Origin: Eubacteriales bacterium
GTDB taxonomy: Bacteria; Bacillota; Clostridia; Christensenellales; UBA1242
Direction of reading: 5' to 3'
DNA: 64,000 nucleotides
Assembly (NCBI GenBank): GCA_018384735.1
Contig: JAHAXB010000031.1
Location: 46,117-110,116 of the forward strand
The position numbers and the translations under genes are program-made. The number at the start of each line of letters is the position of its first letter. Within the stretch, counting starts at the first letter, position 1. Positions 19,589-29,154 of this stretch are shown here, piece after piece. The notes under the pieces are model-generated. The model was not told the origin of the DNA, did not search any database, and saw only the letters and a program-made list of their open reading frames with translations.

Positions 19589-19966
19589 ATGAGTAAATTA
19601 AAGAAAATCAACCCTAACATCAAACGCAAAGTGCTTAACACCGTCGAATTTTTAACCATGTCCGGTTTACTGGCTTTCAGCGCCAAACACACCAATGCGG
19701 ACGATTACTTACAACCCAACAAAATTATCAAGCCCCATTGTTTAAGCGTCGACACCGCCGTCGAAATGTCACAAAAAACCGACCTTGATTTGGCGTGCGT
19801 GGATAACGAACACATTAGTGTCAACGGCGAAATTTTATTGAACGAAGAAGCAATGGCTAAATATCCCAAAGACCGCAAAGCCATTACCGCTTTCGTGCAT
19901 TACCATTGGTACCTGCATGACCAAGCGCAAACTGACACCTGCCTCGACACCACCATGGAACAATAA
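19589..19966 (+). CDS. Small secreted or membrane-anchored protein ending in ..HDQAQTDTCLDTTMEQ, function unknown
   Basis: N-terminal basic region plus hydrophobic segment. Own promoter TGtTATAAT. C-terminal tail resembles that of ORF 17895..18302. Confidence 0.55.
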   Translation: MSKLKKINPNIKRKVLNTVEFLTMSGLLAFSAKHTNADDYLQPNKIIKPHCLSVDTAVEMSQKTDLDLACVDNEHISVNGEILLNEEAMAKYPKDRKAITAFVHYHWYLHDQAQTDTCLDTTMEQ

Positions 19967-19992
19967 AAAAAGCGGGCTGTCCCGCTTTTTTT
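19965..19992. terminator. Bidirectional Rho-independent terminator
   Basis: AAAAAAAGCGGG-ctgt-CCCGCTTTTTTT between convergent genes. Confidence 0.8.
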
Positions 19993-19997
19993 GCGAT

Positions 19998-22385
19998 TTA
20001 CTTCGCGACGATAAAATTGATAAGTTTGTTTTTGACATAAATCGTCTTTTTGATATTATCGGGTAATTTAACTTTGGCACGACATTTGGCAACCACTGTT
20101 GCTTCGTCGTCCGCCGTGTTAATTTCCAAACGACCGACAATTTTAGCATTGACCTGCACCACGATTTCCACCGTATCTTGCACCAGCGCTTTTTCGTCAA
20201 CGGTCGGCCAAGTCGCATTTTTAATTTCCGGCCATAATTCTTCGGTAATGTGTGGCGCAAACGGATTCAACAAGGTCAACAAAGTGTGGTATTCAAAACG
20301 GTTGATGGTACCTTGTTTTTCGATAGCGTTCATCAAAATCATAATTTGCGAAACCGCCGTATTGTATTTCATCGCGCCCATATCCGCGGTAATTTTTTGA
20401 ATCGAATAATTAAAAATGTAGTTCAGTGCCGGACTGTATTGGTTGCCATCCACAACTTTGTCTTGTAAAGCCCAAACGCGTTGCAATAAACGGTGACAAG
20501 CTTTCACGCCGTCGTTACTCCAAACCGCGACTTCTTGATAATCGCCAATGAACAACACCCACAAACGCAAAGCGTCCGTACCATATTGGTCAGCCACGTC
20601 GCGCGGGTCCACAGTGTTACCCAAACTCTTACTCATTTTCACGCCACCTTCGCCCAAAATGATACCTTGCGAAATGCGGGCTTTACAAAATTCGTTTAAC
20701 GGGAATAAGCCCTGATCGTGTAAAAACTTTGTCCAGAAGCGCGCATACAACAAGTGGCGGGTCGTGTGTTCATTACCGCCGTTGTACAAAGTAATCGGCA
20801 GCCACGCTTTCATTTTTTCCGGATCCGCAAAGCATTTGTCGTTGTGCGGGTCGCAGTAACGGATAAAGTACCAGCAACTGCCCGCCCAACCCGGCATCGT
20901 GTCGGTTTCACGTTTCGCGTCCGCACCGCACTTCGGGCATTTAACATTAACCCAATCGGTAATCTTGGCTAACGGACTTTGACCGTCCTTGGTGGCTTCG
21001 TAACTTTGCGTTTCCGGTAACAGTACCGGTAAATCTTTTTCCGGCACCGGCACCATGCCACAGTGTGGACAATGGATAATTGGAATGGGTTCGCCCCAGT
21101 AACGTTGACGCGCGAAAACCCAGTCATGCATTTTGTAATTTTTTGTGGTACGCGCGACGCCTTTTTCTGCTAACCAAGCCACAATGTTCTTTTTGGCCTC
21201 TTGTACCGTTTGACCGGTAAATTGTGCCGAATTAATTAACTTCGCATTAGCTGTCAAGTACACATCTTTTTCCAGCGCGGCGCCGTCCAATTTACCTTCA
21301 ATTACTTGAATCATCGGAATGTGGTGCTTTTGCGCGAATTCGTAGTCGCGTTGGTCGTGCGTTGGTACCGCCATGACCGCGCCTGTTCCGTAATTCGCCA
21401 AAACGAAGTCCGCAATGTAAACCGGCACTTCCTTACCGTTGACCGGATTGATAGCGGTAATTCCGCTCAATTCGCAACCCGATTTATCTTTCGTCATTTG
21501 ACTGCGTTCAAATTCACTTTTGCGCGCAGCAGCTTGACGGTATTTTTGTACCGCGTCCCAGTTCTTAATCTGCGGTTTTAACTGTTCAACCAACGGGTGT
21601 TCGGGTGCCAAAACCACAAAAGTTACCCCGAAAATTGTTTCGATACAGGTGGTAAAGATTTTAATTGCTCCGCCCTGTTTAATTTGGAAATCAACCTCGG
21701 TGCCGTAACTGCGACCGACATAGTTAATTTGACTGGTTTTAATGTGTGGTAAATAATTGGTTTCCGCCAAATCATCAATCAAGCGGTCGGCGTACGCTGT
21801 CATCTTCATCATCCATTGCGGAATTGTTTTTTGTGTTGTTTCCGCGTGACATTGGCAGCAGGTGCCGTTTTCCACTTCTTCGTTCGCCAAAATTCCGCAG
21901 TTCGGACAGTAGTTCACATTGGCGGTGCCTTTGTAAGCAATGCCCTTTTTGAAAAATTGCAAAAACTGCCACTGCGTCCATTTATAATAAGACGGGTCGC
22001 AAGTGGTAATAAAGCGTGACCAGTCAACCGACAAGCCCACGCGTTCCAGTTGTTCACGGAAAGTTGCCGTATTACGCGCTACCACTTGTTGTGGCGGGAT
22101 ATGTTCACGAATCGCCGTGCGTTCCGCTTCCAAACCAAAAGCGTCAATCCCCATCGGGAACAATACATTCTTTCCTTGCAAACGCAAACGCCTTGCCATC
22201 GCATCCAAAGCGGTATAGCTGCGCATATGTCCAATGTGCAGACCTTTACCGCTTGGGTACGGGAATTCAATCAAAATGTACGCGTTTTCTTTTCCCGACA
22301 CATGGTCTTTGGTTTCAAAACGTTTGTCCTTACGCCAGACTTCTTGCCATTTTTTTTCAATAGCACGGAAATCGTAGTCTTTCAT
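19998..22385 (-). CDS. leuS: Leucyl-tRNA synthetase
   Basis: HIGH region PYPSGKGLHIGHMRSY and KMSKS motif VKMSKSLGN. 795 aa. Confidence 0.95.
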   Translation of the reverse strand: MKDYDFRAIEKKWQEVWRKDKRFETKDHVSGKENAYILIEFPYPSGKGLHIGHMRSYTALDAMARRLRLQGKNVLFPMGIDAFGLEAERTAIREHIPPQQVVARNTATFREQLERVGLSVDWSRFITTCDPSYYKWTQWQFLQFFKKGIAYKGTANVNYCPNCGILANEEVENGTCCQCHAETTQKTIPQWMMKMTAYADRLIDDLAETNYLPHIKTSQINYVGRSYGTEVDFQIKQGGAIKIFTTCIETIFGVTFVVLAPEHPLVEQLKPQIKNWDAVQKYRQAAARKSEFERSQMTKDKSGCELSGITAINPVNGKEVPVYIADFVLANYGTGAVMAVPTHDQRDYEFAQKHHIPMIQVIEGKLDGAALEKDVYLTANAKLINSAQFTGQTVQEAKKNIVAWLAEKGVARTTKNYKMHDWVFARQRYWGEPIPIIHCPHCGMVPVPEKDLPVLLPETQSYEATKDGQSPLAKITDWVNVKCPKCGADAKRETDTMPGWAGSCWYFIRYCDPHNDKCFADPEKMKAWLPITLYNGGNEHTTRHLLYARFWTKFLHDQGLFPLNEFCKARISQGIILGEGGVKMSKSLGNTVDPRDVADQYGTDALRLWVLFIGDYQEVAVWSNDGVKACHRLLQRVWALQDKVVDGNQYSPALNYIFNYSIQKITADMGAMKYNTAVSQIMILMNAIEKQGTINRFEYHTLLTLLNPFAPHITEELWPEIKNATWPTVDEKALVQDTVEIVVQVNAKIVGRLEINTADDEATVVAKCRAKVKLPDNIKKTIYVKNKLINFIVAK

Positions 22386-22393
22386 AAAACTCC

Positions 22394-24877
22394 TTATTCA
22401 GCAGATTCGCCGTCTTCTTCGTCTTCTTGTGGTTCAGCTACCGCGACCGCGACAATCTTCGCACCTTCACCGATACGCATAATGCGGACACCTTGAGTGT
22501 CACGGCTAATCTTGGAAATGTAACTGGCCTTGGTACGAATCATTGTGCCGTTATCGCTAATCAACATAATGTCTTGTTCTGCACGAACTTGTTTCAAGTT
22601 GACCAATGGACCGGTCTTTTCGTTAAAGATACCCGCTTTGATACCTTTACCCGCACGTGATTGCAAACGATAATCGTCTGGGTCACTGCGTTTACCATAA
22701 CCATTCGCGGAAACCGTCAAGATTTCACAACCAGGTTCGATGATACTCATATCCACGATAGCCTCAGTTTCGCGGTCAATGTTCATACTCTTAACACCAG
22801 CTGCGCCACGACCCATCGGACGAACATCCTCTTCACTGAAACGGATACACTTACCCGAGCTGGACGCCATAATGATTTCGTCCGCACCCGTAGTGTGTGC
22901 TGCACCAATCAATTGGTCGCCTTCGTTCAGGCCGATTGCAATCTTACCGGTACGCGCAATACGTGCAAATTCTTCGCACTTGGTCTTTTTAATCATGCCG
23001 AACTTAGTTGCCAACATAATGTGACCCATATCGTAGTCTTCCATCGGGATGACCGCAGCCACGCTTTCGCCGTTTTCCAACGACAACAAGTTGACAATCG
23101 CACGACCTTTTGAGCCCTTGGTTGCTTCCGGCACTTCAAAGGCTTTAATACGGTAAACTTTACCCATGTTGGTAAAGAACAACAAGTCGTGGTGCGTATT
23201 CGTTACGAACATCCGTTCCACAAAGTCCTCTTCCTTGGTGGTGTGAGTGTTTGAACCCTTACCGCCGCGGCGTTGTGCTTTGTATTCAGTCAACGGTAAA
23301 CGTTTAATGTAACCACAGTGAGTCATCGAAACCGCAACATCTTCTTTTTCAATCAAGTCGGCAATGTCGATGTCGCCATAATCGGTGGTCAATTCGGTTA
23401 CACGTTCGACCGCGTATTTATCTTTAATTTCCAACAATTCTTGTTTAATCAACGCCAACAATTTGGGCTGGCTGGCAATAATTGATTTCAATTCAATAAT
23501 CAAGGCGCGCAATTCTTCCAATTCGGCTTTAAGTTTTTCAACTTCCAAACTGGTCAAACGTTGTAAACGCATTTCCAAAATCGCGTTCGCTTGACGGTCG
23601 GTCAAGATAAAGCGTTTCATCAATTTAGCCGCAGCATCAATCTTATCTTTTGAAGCTTTGATAATCGCGACGACTTCATCAATGTTAGCCAACGCTTTGA
23701 CCAAACCTTCCAAGATATGTGCGCGTTCTTCCGCTTTTTCCAAATCAAACTTGGTACGACGCAAAACAACTTCTTTTTGGTGTTCCAAGTAGTAATACAA
23801 CATTTCTTTCAGGTTCAAAACTTTTGGTTCGTTACCAACCAACGCCAAGAAGTTAATGCCCATTGAAATTTGCAATTGGCTCAATTTGAACAAATTGGTC
23901 AAAACAACTTGTGGTTGCGCTTCCTTTTTCAAGGTAATGACGATACGCATACCATGACGGTCGGATTCTTCATCCACGCTAGTAATACCTTCAATTCGTT
24001 TATCACGTACCAACAAGGCAATGCTTTCCACCAATTTTGCTTTGTTTACTTGGTAAGGAATTTCGGTCACAATAATGCGGTTACGGCCGTTGTGCTCTTC
24101 AATTTCCGTGGTCGCACGCAAAACGATGTTACCATGACCAGTCTTGTAAGCGTGGCGCAAAGCCGCGCGACCCATGATAATACCACCGGTCGGATAATCC
24201 GGCGCCGGAATAATGCGCATTAACTGTTCAATTTCAATGTCGGGATTTTCAATTAAAGCCACAACACCATCAATTACTTCGCCCAAGTTGTGTGGCGGAA
24301 TATTGGTCGCCATACCAACCGCGATACCATCACTACCGTTAACCAACAAGTTTGGGAAACGGGACGGCAAAACAATGGGTTCTTGTTCGGTTTCATCGAA
24401 GTTCGGGCGGAAATCGACCGTGTTTTTGTCGATATCGCGCAACATTTCGCTGGCCACAGCCGACAAGCGCGCTTCAGTATAACGCATTGCAGCCGGCGGG
24501 TCCGCATCGACCGAACCAAAGTTACCGTGACCATCAATCAACGGCATATTGATTGTAAACGGTTGCGCCAAACGCACCAACGCTTCGTAAACTGAACTAT
24601 CACCATGCGGGTGGTATTTACCCAAGCATTCACCGACGATACGCGCGCATTTTTTGAACGGTTTGTCGTGGGTCAAGCCCAATTCGCTCATCGCGTACAA
24701 GATACGGCGGTGAACTGGTTTCAAACCATCGCGTACATCCGGAATCGCACGGCTCATGTTAACCATCATGGCGTAAGACATGAACGATTTGTGGATTTCG
24801 TCTTCGATTTTGACTTTTACATATTTCGTGTTGTCAACGATTTCTTGTAATTCTTCGCTATAATCTTTCTTTCTCAT
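22394..24877 (-). CDS. gyrA: DNA gyrase subunit A
   Basis: Motifs [14 protein letters not shown], the active-site Tyr region [10 protein letters not shown], and [12 protein letters not shown]. Acidic C-terminal tail. Confidence 0.96.
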   Translation of the reverse strand: MRKKDYSEELQEIVDNTKYVKVKIEDEIHKSFMSYAMMVNMSRAIPDVRDGLKPVHRRILYAMSELGLTHDKPFKKCARIVGECLGKYHPHGDSSVYEALVRLAQPFTINMPLIDGHGNFGSVDADPPAAMRYTEARLSAVASEMLRDIDKNTVDFRPNFDETEQEPIVLPSRFPNLLVNGSDGIAVGMATNIPPHNLGEVIDGVVALIENPDIEIEQLMRIIPAPDYPTGGIIMGRAALRHAYKTGHGNIVLRATTEIEEHNGRNRIIVTEIPYQVNKAKLVESIALLVRDKRIEGITSVDEESDRHGMRIVITLKKEAQPQVVLTNLFKLSQLQISMGINFLALVGNEPKVLNLKEMLYYYLEHQKEVVLRRTKFDLEKAEERAHILEGLVKALANIDEVVAIIKASKDKIDAAAKLMKRFILTDRQANAILEMRLQRLTSLEVEKLKAELEELRALIIELKSIIASQPKLLALIKQELLEIKDKYAVERVTELTTDYGDIDIADLIEKEDVAVSMTHCGYIKRLPLTEYKAQRRGGKGSNTHTTKEEDFVERMFVTNTHHDLLFFTNMGKVYRIKAFEVPEATKGSKGRAIVNLLSLENGESVAAVIPMEDYDMGHIMLATKFGMIKKTKCEEFARIARTGKIAIGLNEGDQLIGAAHTTGADEIIMASSSGKCIRFSEEDVRPMGRGAAGVKSMNIDRETEAIVDMSIIEPGCEILTVSANGYGKRSDPDDYRLQSRAGKGIKAGIFNEKTGPLVNLKQVRAEQDIMLISDNGTMIRTKASYISKISRDTQGVRIMRIGEGAKIVAVAVAEPQEDEEDGESAE

Positions 24878-24887
24878 CGCTTACTCC

Positions 24888-26825
24888 TTAAATATCCAAA
24901 TCCTGTGTGAAGTTTGCCGCGTTGCGTTCGATGTATTCACGACGCAATTCAGCTTTTTCACCCATCAATGTTGAGAAAATTTCGTCCGCAGCAAAAGCAT
25001 CTTCCAGGGTAATTTGTACCAAAGTACGGTGTGCCGGATTCATTGTGGTATCCCACAACTGTTCCGCATTCATTTCACCTAAACCTTTGTAACGTTGAAC
25101 ATTAGCTTTACCGCGCGCACCTTTACCCATAATTTGTTCCAATTCAGCATCACTGTACGCGTAAAGTTCTTCACTACCCTTGGTAATTTTATACAACGGT
25201 GGTTGTGCCGCATAGACGTAACCGCCTTCAACCAAAGGACGCATATAACGATACAAGAATGTCAGCAATAGGATACGAATGTGACTACCATCAACATCAG
25301 CATCGCTCATGGTAATAATTTTGTGATAACGCAAACGGTTAATATCGAAATCTTCTTGGATACCGCAACCAAAAGCCGTAATCATGTTTTTAATGGTTTC
25401 ACTTTCCAAAACACGCGCCAAACGTGCTTTTTCGACGTTCAAGATTTTACCACGTAACGGCAAAATCGCTTGGAAACGACGGTCACGACCTTGTTTCGCT
25501 GTACCACCCGCACTATCACCCTCGACAATAAAGATTTCGCAGAATTTCGGGTCACGTTCAGTACAATCCGCCAATTTACCCGGCAAAGTAGTATTTTCCA
25601 ACACGCCTTTACGGTGTACCAAATCTTTTGCACGACGTGCCGCTTCACGCGCATTGCGTGCAGTTTGACATTTCAAAATCAATTCTTTGGCTTCTTTCGG
25701 ATTTTCTTCCAAGAATTCGCCAAACTTCTCTTGGACAACTTTTTCTACTTCACCACGCATGAAAGCGTTACCCAACTTAGTTTTGGTTTGACCTTCAAAT
25801 TGTGGGTTTTCCAATTTAACCGAGACAATCGCAACCACACCTTCCAAAACATCTTCAATGGAAAGTTTGTCGCTTTCTTTCAGCAAGTTAGCTTTTTTAC
25901 CATAATCGTTAATGGCTTTAGCCAACGCATTACGGAAACCAATTAAGTGGACACCACCTTCTTCGGTGTTAATGTTGTTCGCGTAAGCGTGAATGTTTTC
26001 ACTGTAACCATCATTCCATTGGAAAGCCACATCAACTTCGCTGTTTTTATTTTTCTTGGTAATGTGGATAATTTCTGGAATGATTAAGTCTTTACCTTTG
26101 TTCAAACTTTCGACGAACTCTTTGATACCGCCTTTGTAGCAGAAAGTATCTTTATGTTCGCGGCCAGGGCGCAAATCCGCGCACTTGATAATTAAACCCT
26201 TGTTCAAGAACGCCAACTCACGCAGACGTACTTTCATGGTTTCGTAGTTAAACTCAATTGTGTCGAAAATTTCAGCATCCGGATAGAAAGTAACCTTAGT
26301 ACCGGTTTTGTTCGCTTTACCAGTTTCGCGCAGTGGTGCTTGCGGTACCCCGCGATTATAGGATTGGTGGAAAGTTTTACCGTTTTGGTAAACCTCAACT
26401 TCCAACCATTCAGACAAAGCGTTAACAACAGAGACACCAACCCCGTGCAAACCACCCGAAATGGTATAACCACCTTTACCAAATTTACCACCCGCGTGCA
26501 ATTTGGTTAAAACCAACTCAACCGCGGAAATTTTTTCGGTCGGGTGAATCCCGGTCGGAATACCACGACCATTATCCAAGACCGAAACCGAACCATCGCG
26601 TTCAATTGTAACGCTAATTTCGGTACAATAACCAGCCAACGCCTCGTCGACACTGTTGTCCACGACCTCGGTAATCAGGTGGTGTAAACCGCGCGTATCG
26701 GTCGAGCCAATATACATACCGGGACGTTTACGAACTGGGTCCAACCCCTCCAAAACCGTGATGTCTTTGGCATCATAATGTGACGGTGTTGCAGTCGTTT
26801 TTTGCTCTTTTTTTTCCGTACTCAT
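24888..26825 (-). CDS. gyrB: DNA gyrase subunit B
   Basis: GHKL ATPase motif EVVDNSVDEA, Toprim motif EIFIVEGDSAGG, and PLRGKILNVEKA. Confidence 0.96.
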   Translation of the reverse strand: MSTEKKEQKTTATPSHYDAKDITVLEGLDPVRKRPGMYIGSTDTRGLHHLITEVVDNSVDEALAGYCTEISVTIERDGSVSVLDNGRGIPTGIHPTEKISAVELVLTKLHAGGKFGKGGYTISGGLHGVGVSVVNALSEWLEVEVYQNGKTFHQSYNRGVPQAPLRETGKANKTGTKVTFYPDAEIFDTIEFNYETMKVRLRELAFLNKGLIIKCADLRPGREHKDTFCYKGGIKEFVESLNKGKDLIIPEIIHITKKNKNSEVDVAFQWNDGYSENIHAYANNINTEEGGVHLIGFRNALAKAINDYGKKANLLKESDKLSIEDVLEGVVAIVSVKLENPQFEGQTKTKLGNAFMRGEVEKVVQEKFGEFLEENPKEAKELILKCQTARNAREAARRAKDLVHRKGVLENTTLPGKLADCTERDPKFCEIFIVEGDSAGGTAKQGRDRRFQAILPLRGKILNVEKARLARVLESETIKNMITAFGCGIQEDFDINRLRYHKIITMSDADVDGSHIRILLLTFLYRYMRPLVEGGYVYAAQPPLYKITKGSEELYAYSDAELEQIMGKGARGKANVQRYKGLGEMNAEQLWDTTMNPAHRTLVQITLEDAFAADEIFSTLMGEKAELRREYIERNAANFTQDLDI

Positions 26826-26949
26826 AATGTATCAATTATACCAGAAACGCGCCAAAAAAGCAACGTATTTAGCCATTTTCTTATATATATACACCGCCAT
26901 GGAATTAAATCTAATTTGATTGATTTTTATGCAAAAAACGGTTTGGGCA

Positions 26950-27852
26950 TCAGTTTTCAATCCGACCGAGAAAAATAATTTCGGTTTCCAAAAGCACACC
27001 GGTGTGTTTCTCGACCGCGTCCTGAAGATGATAAATCACTTGCAAAATATCGTGGCAAGTGGCGTGTCCCATGTTCACAATAAAATTGCAATGCTGGGGG
27101 CTGACCATTGCGTCGCCCACGCGGTATCCCGCCAAGCCCAATTCTTCCACAACTTTACCCACGTAAAACCCGTCTTTGGGTCGTTTGAACACACTGCCCG
27201 CGCTGGGTTCGTGCGGATGGCGGGCGCGTTTTTGCATAACCGCTTGCATTTGTTGTTGGATTTCGGTTTTGTCGCCCCGTCCCAAACGGAAATAAGCCCC
27301 CAAAATTACGCCGGCTTCATCCATAAAAATTGAGTGTCGATAACCGAACGCCAACTGTTTGCCCGTCAAGGTTTTGATTTCGCCGTGTACCAAAACATCC
27401 ACCATCACAGCGACTTCGCCCAGACAATGGTCAAACGCTCCGCAGTTCATGTAAACGCCTCCACCCACGGTTGCCGGAATTCCCGTCGCCCATTCCAATC
27501 CCGTCAATGCGTGGTCGCGCGCATAATTAACCACCGCACCCAACTTAGCCCCCGCGTCCGCGTAAACAAAAACGTCGTTTTGTTCAATTTTATGACCAGT
27601 AAATTTAATCACGACCCCGTCGTATCCAAGGTCGCTCGCCAAAACATTGGCACCCAACCCCAAGATAAAATACGGACACTCGATGTATTCCAACCCCCGC
27701 ACCAGTCGTACCAAAGTGGTTTTATCTGCCACCAAAACTAAGTAGCGCGCCGGCCCACCCACACGAAAAGTCGTCCACTTGGCCAACGGTTCATCGATTT
27801 TAACATTTTCCGCCCCGCACAAATGAATCAAGTAGTTTTTCAAAATATCCAT
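26950..27852 (-). CDS. murB: UDP-N-acetylenolpyruvoylglucosamine reductase
   Basis: Motifs PLAKWTTFRVGGPA and LGLGANVL, plus a C-terminal MurB domain. Confidence 0.9.
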   Translation of the reverse strand: MDILKNYLIHLCGAENVKIDEPLAKWTTFRVGGPARYLVLVADKTTLVRLVRGLEYIECPYFILGLGANVLASDLGYDGVVIKFTGHKIEQNDVFVYADAGAKLGAVVNYARDHALTGLEWATGIPATVGGGVYMNCGAFDHCLGEVAVMVDVLVHGEIKTLTGKQLAFGYRHSIFMDEAGVILGAYFRLGRGDKTEIQQQMQAVMQKRARHPHEPSAGSVFKRPKDGFYVGKVVEELGLAGYRVGDAMVSPQHCNFIVNMGHATCHDILQVIYHLQDAVEKHTGVLLETEIIFLGRIEN

Positions 27853-27893
27853 TAACCATGGATATGCAATTGGTTTTATATTTCACACTTAAT

Positions 27894-27918
27894 AAAAAAA
27901 AACGCCGTAGCGTTTTTT
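27894..27918 (-). terminator. Rho-independent terminator of the zinc-ribbon membrane protein gene
   Basis: AAAAAAAAACGC-cgta-GCGTTTTTT. The hairpin is symmetric. Confidence 0.65.
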
Positions 27919-27929
27919 AATTTATGATA

Positions 27930-28262
27930 TTATCTAATACTATCAATAAAGTAACCGATGTTAGACGATTGTTTAGCATTAAATGTAAAGTTACACAATG
28001 AAGCAACTAAATTATAAATACCACAAGTTAACATACCCAAGAAGAAATATGCCAAAGTTCTTGATTTCCAACCATTGGGTTTAAGGCTAGTATGGTTAAT
28101 GATAAAACTACCAATAAAACCGAGGAAAAATGTCAAAAGGAAACGAACAGCATTTTTTCCATCATTTTCACTTAAAAGCAGTGCATTTTTTACTCGACAA
28201 CCACAATGAACACAAATCTCTGCTTCATCGTGAATTTCTTGACCACATTTTGAACAGTACAT
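27930..28262 (-). CDS. Zinc-ribbon plus TM2-like membrane protein
   Basis: N-terminal MYCSKCGQEIHDEAEICVHCG, followed by two hydrophobic helices. AAGGAG RBS. Local DNA is AT-rich. Confidence 0.6.
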   Translation of the reverse strand: MYCSKCGQEIHDEAEICVHCGCRVKNALLLSENDGKNAVRFLLTFFLGFIGSFIINHTSLKPNGWKSRTLAYFFLGMLTCGIYNLVASLCNFTFNAKQSSNIGYFIDSIR

Positions 28263-28301
28263 TTTCTATTCTCCTTTGTTTCAAAAACTAATATGAGTAT
28301 A

Positions 28302-28319
28302 TTCTTACAAAAGTAAGAA
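28302..28319. promoter_or_regulatory. Putative operator O1 (perfect 7-4-7 palindrome TTCTTAC AAAA GTAAGAA)
   Basis: Abuts the minus-strand -10 TATACT (28296-28301) of the zinc-ribbon gene. Lies in the divergent intergenic region shared with the XRE regulator gene. Confidence 0.55.
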
Positions 28320-28330
28320 GTCAACTATTT

Positions 28331-28347
28331 TTCTTACATTTGTAAGA
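28331..28347. promoter_or_regulatory. Putative operator O2 (palindrome TCTTAC ATTT GTAAGA)
   Basis: A second copy of the same half-sites, 29 bp from O1 and just upstream of the XRE regulator start. Confidence 0.5.
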
Positions 28348-28357
28348 CACTAAAAAA

Positions 28358-28576
28358 GTGACCTATCAAAATAAATTCAAAGACAATTTAAAAATTCTCA
28401 GGCAAGAAAGAAAAATCGGACAAATTGAACTTGCCAAAATTATTGGAGTCAGCAAAGGAATTATCAGTTTATGGGAAAATGGTTTACGTGAACCCAATTT
28501 ATATTCATTGATTATGTTATCAAAATTTTTCAATGTATCTATTGATGAACTTGTCGGACTTAATCAAATCAATTAA
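28358..28576 (+). CDS. XRE-family helix-turn-helix transcriptional regulator (72 aa, GTG start)
   Basis: HTH_3 pattern LRQERKIGQIELAKIIGVSKGIISLWENGLREPNLYSLIMLSKFFNVSIDELV. Confidence 0.75.
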   Translation: MTYQNKFKDNLKILRQERKIGQIELAKIIGVSKGIISLWENGLREPNLYSLIMLSKFFNVSIDELVGLNQIN

Positions 28577-29133
28577 CACTTTTCACTCTTTACTACTTCA
28601 CTGCCCGCACGCAAAACATTAACTTTGGGCGGGTTAGTTGAATGGTCCACCATGACCAAACGACTGGGAGCATTTTTGTAAATTTTGCGCCCGCGTACCA
28701 CAGCGTCGGTCTTGCCAGCAAATAGTTTAGTAGCCTGGCGCCAAGAGGTAATTACCGGCTCACCGTGAACATTCGCACTGGTCCCCACCACCGGTACACC
28801 ACAAGCGGTTAAAAACTGATTGAGCCAACCACTACGTATCACGCGCACGGCTTGTCCGTGAATAATTACCGAAGTGTGTTTTTGACGGAGCAATTTTTTT
28901 TCCAAAGGTGTGACCGCGCCACAAAATTTTATTACGCTTTCCACGGACGGTAACAGCCAAATCAACTGCGCATCGGCGGGTTTACCTTTCAAAGTTTTTA
29001 ATTTTTTGGTCGCGGTTGTATCCAAAGCGTTACAGCCCAGACCCCAAATTGTATCGGTCGGATACAAAATAATTCCGCCATTTCTAACAACGTCGGCCAA
29101 TTTTTTAATTTCAGTATGACGGAAAATTTCCAT
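28573..29133 (-). CDS. tsaC: L-threonylcarbamoyladenylate synthase (YrdC/TsaC type)
   Basis: YrdC-domain motifs GGIILYPTDTIWGLGC, LKGKPADAQL and GTSANVHGEP. Confidence 0.8.
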   Translation of the reverse strand: MEIFRHTEIKKLADVVRNGGIILYPTDTIWGLGCNALDTTATKKLKTLKGKPADAQLIWLLPSVESVIKFCGAVTPLEKKLLRQKHTSVIIHGQAVRVIRSGWLNQFLTACGVPVVGTSANVHGEPVITSWRQATKLFAGKTDAVVRGRKIYKNAPSRLVMVDHSTNPPKVNVLRAGSEVVKSEKC

Positions 29134-29154
29134 GTGTTTTATTATAAGCGCAAA

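Noticed and set aside
22427-26491. Many 60-160-aa ORFs on the plus strand inside gyrA and gyrB. Similar ones occur opposite leuS, parB, cvpA, serS, dnaN and the MFS gene.
   Set aside because: They are shadow ORFs antisense to, or out of frame with, long and unmistakable housekeeping genes. They have low-complexity, Arg/Phe/Val-rich translations and lack start signals.
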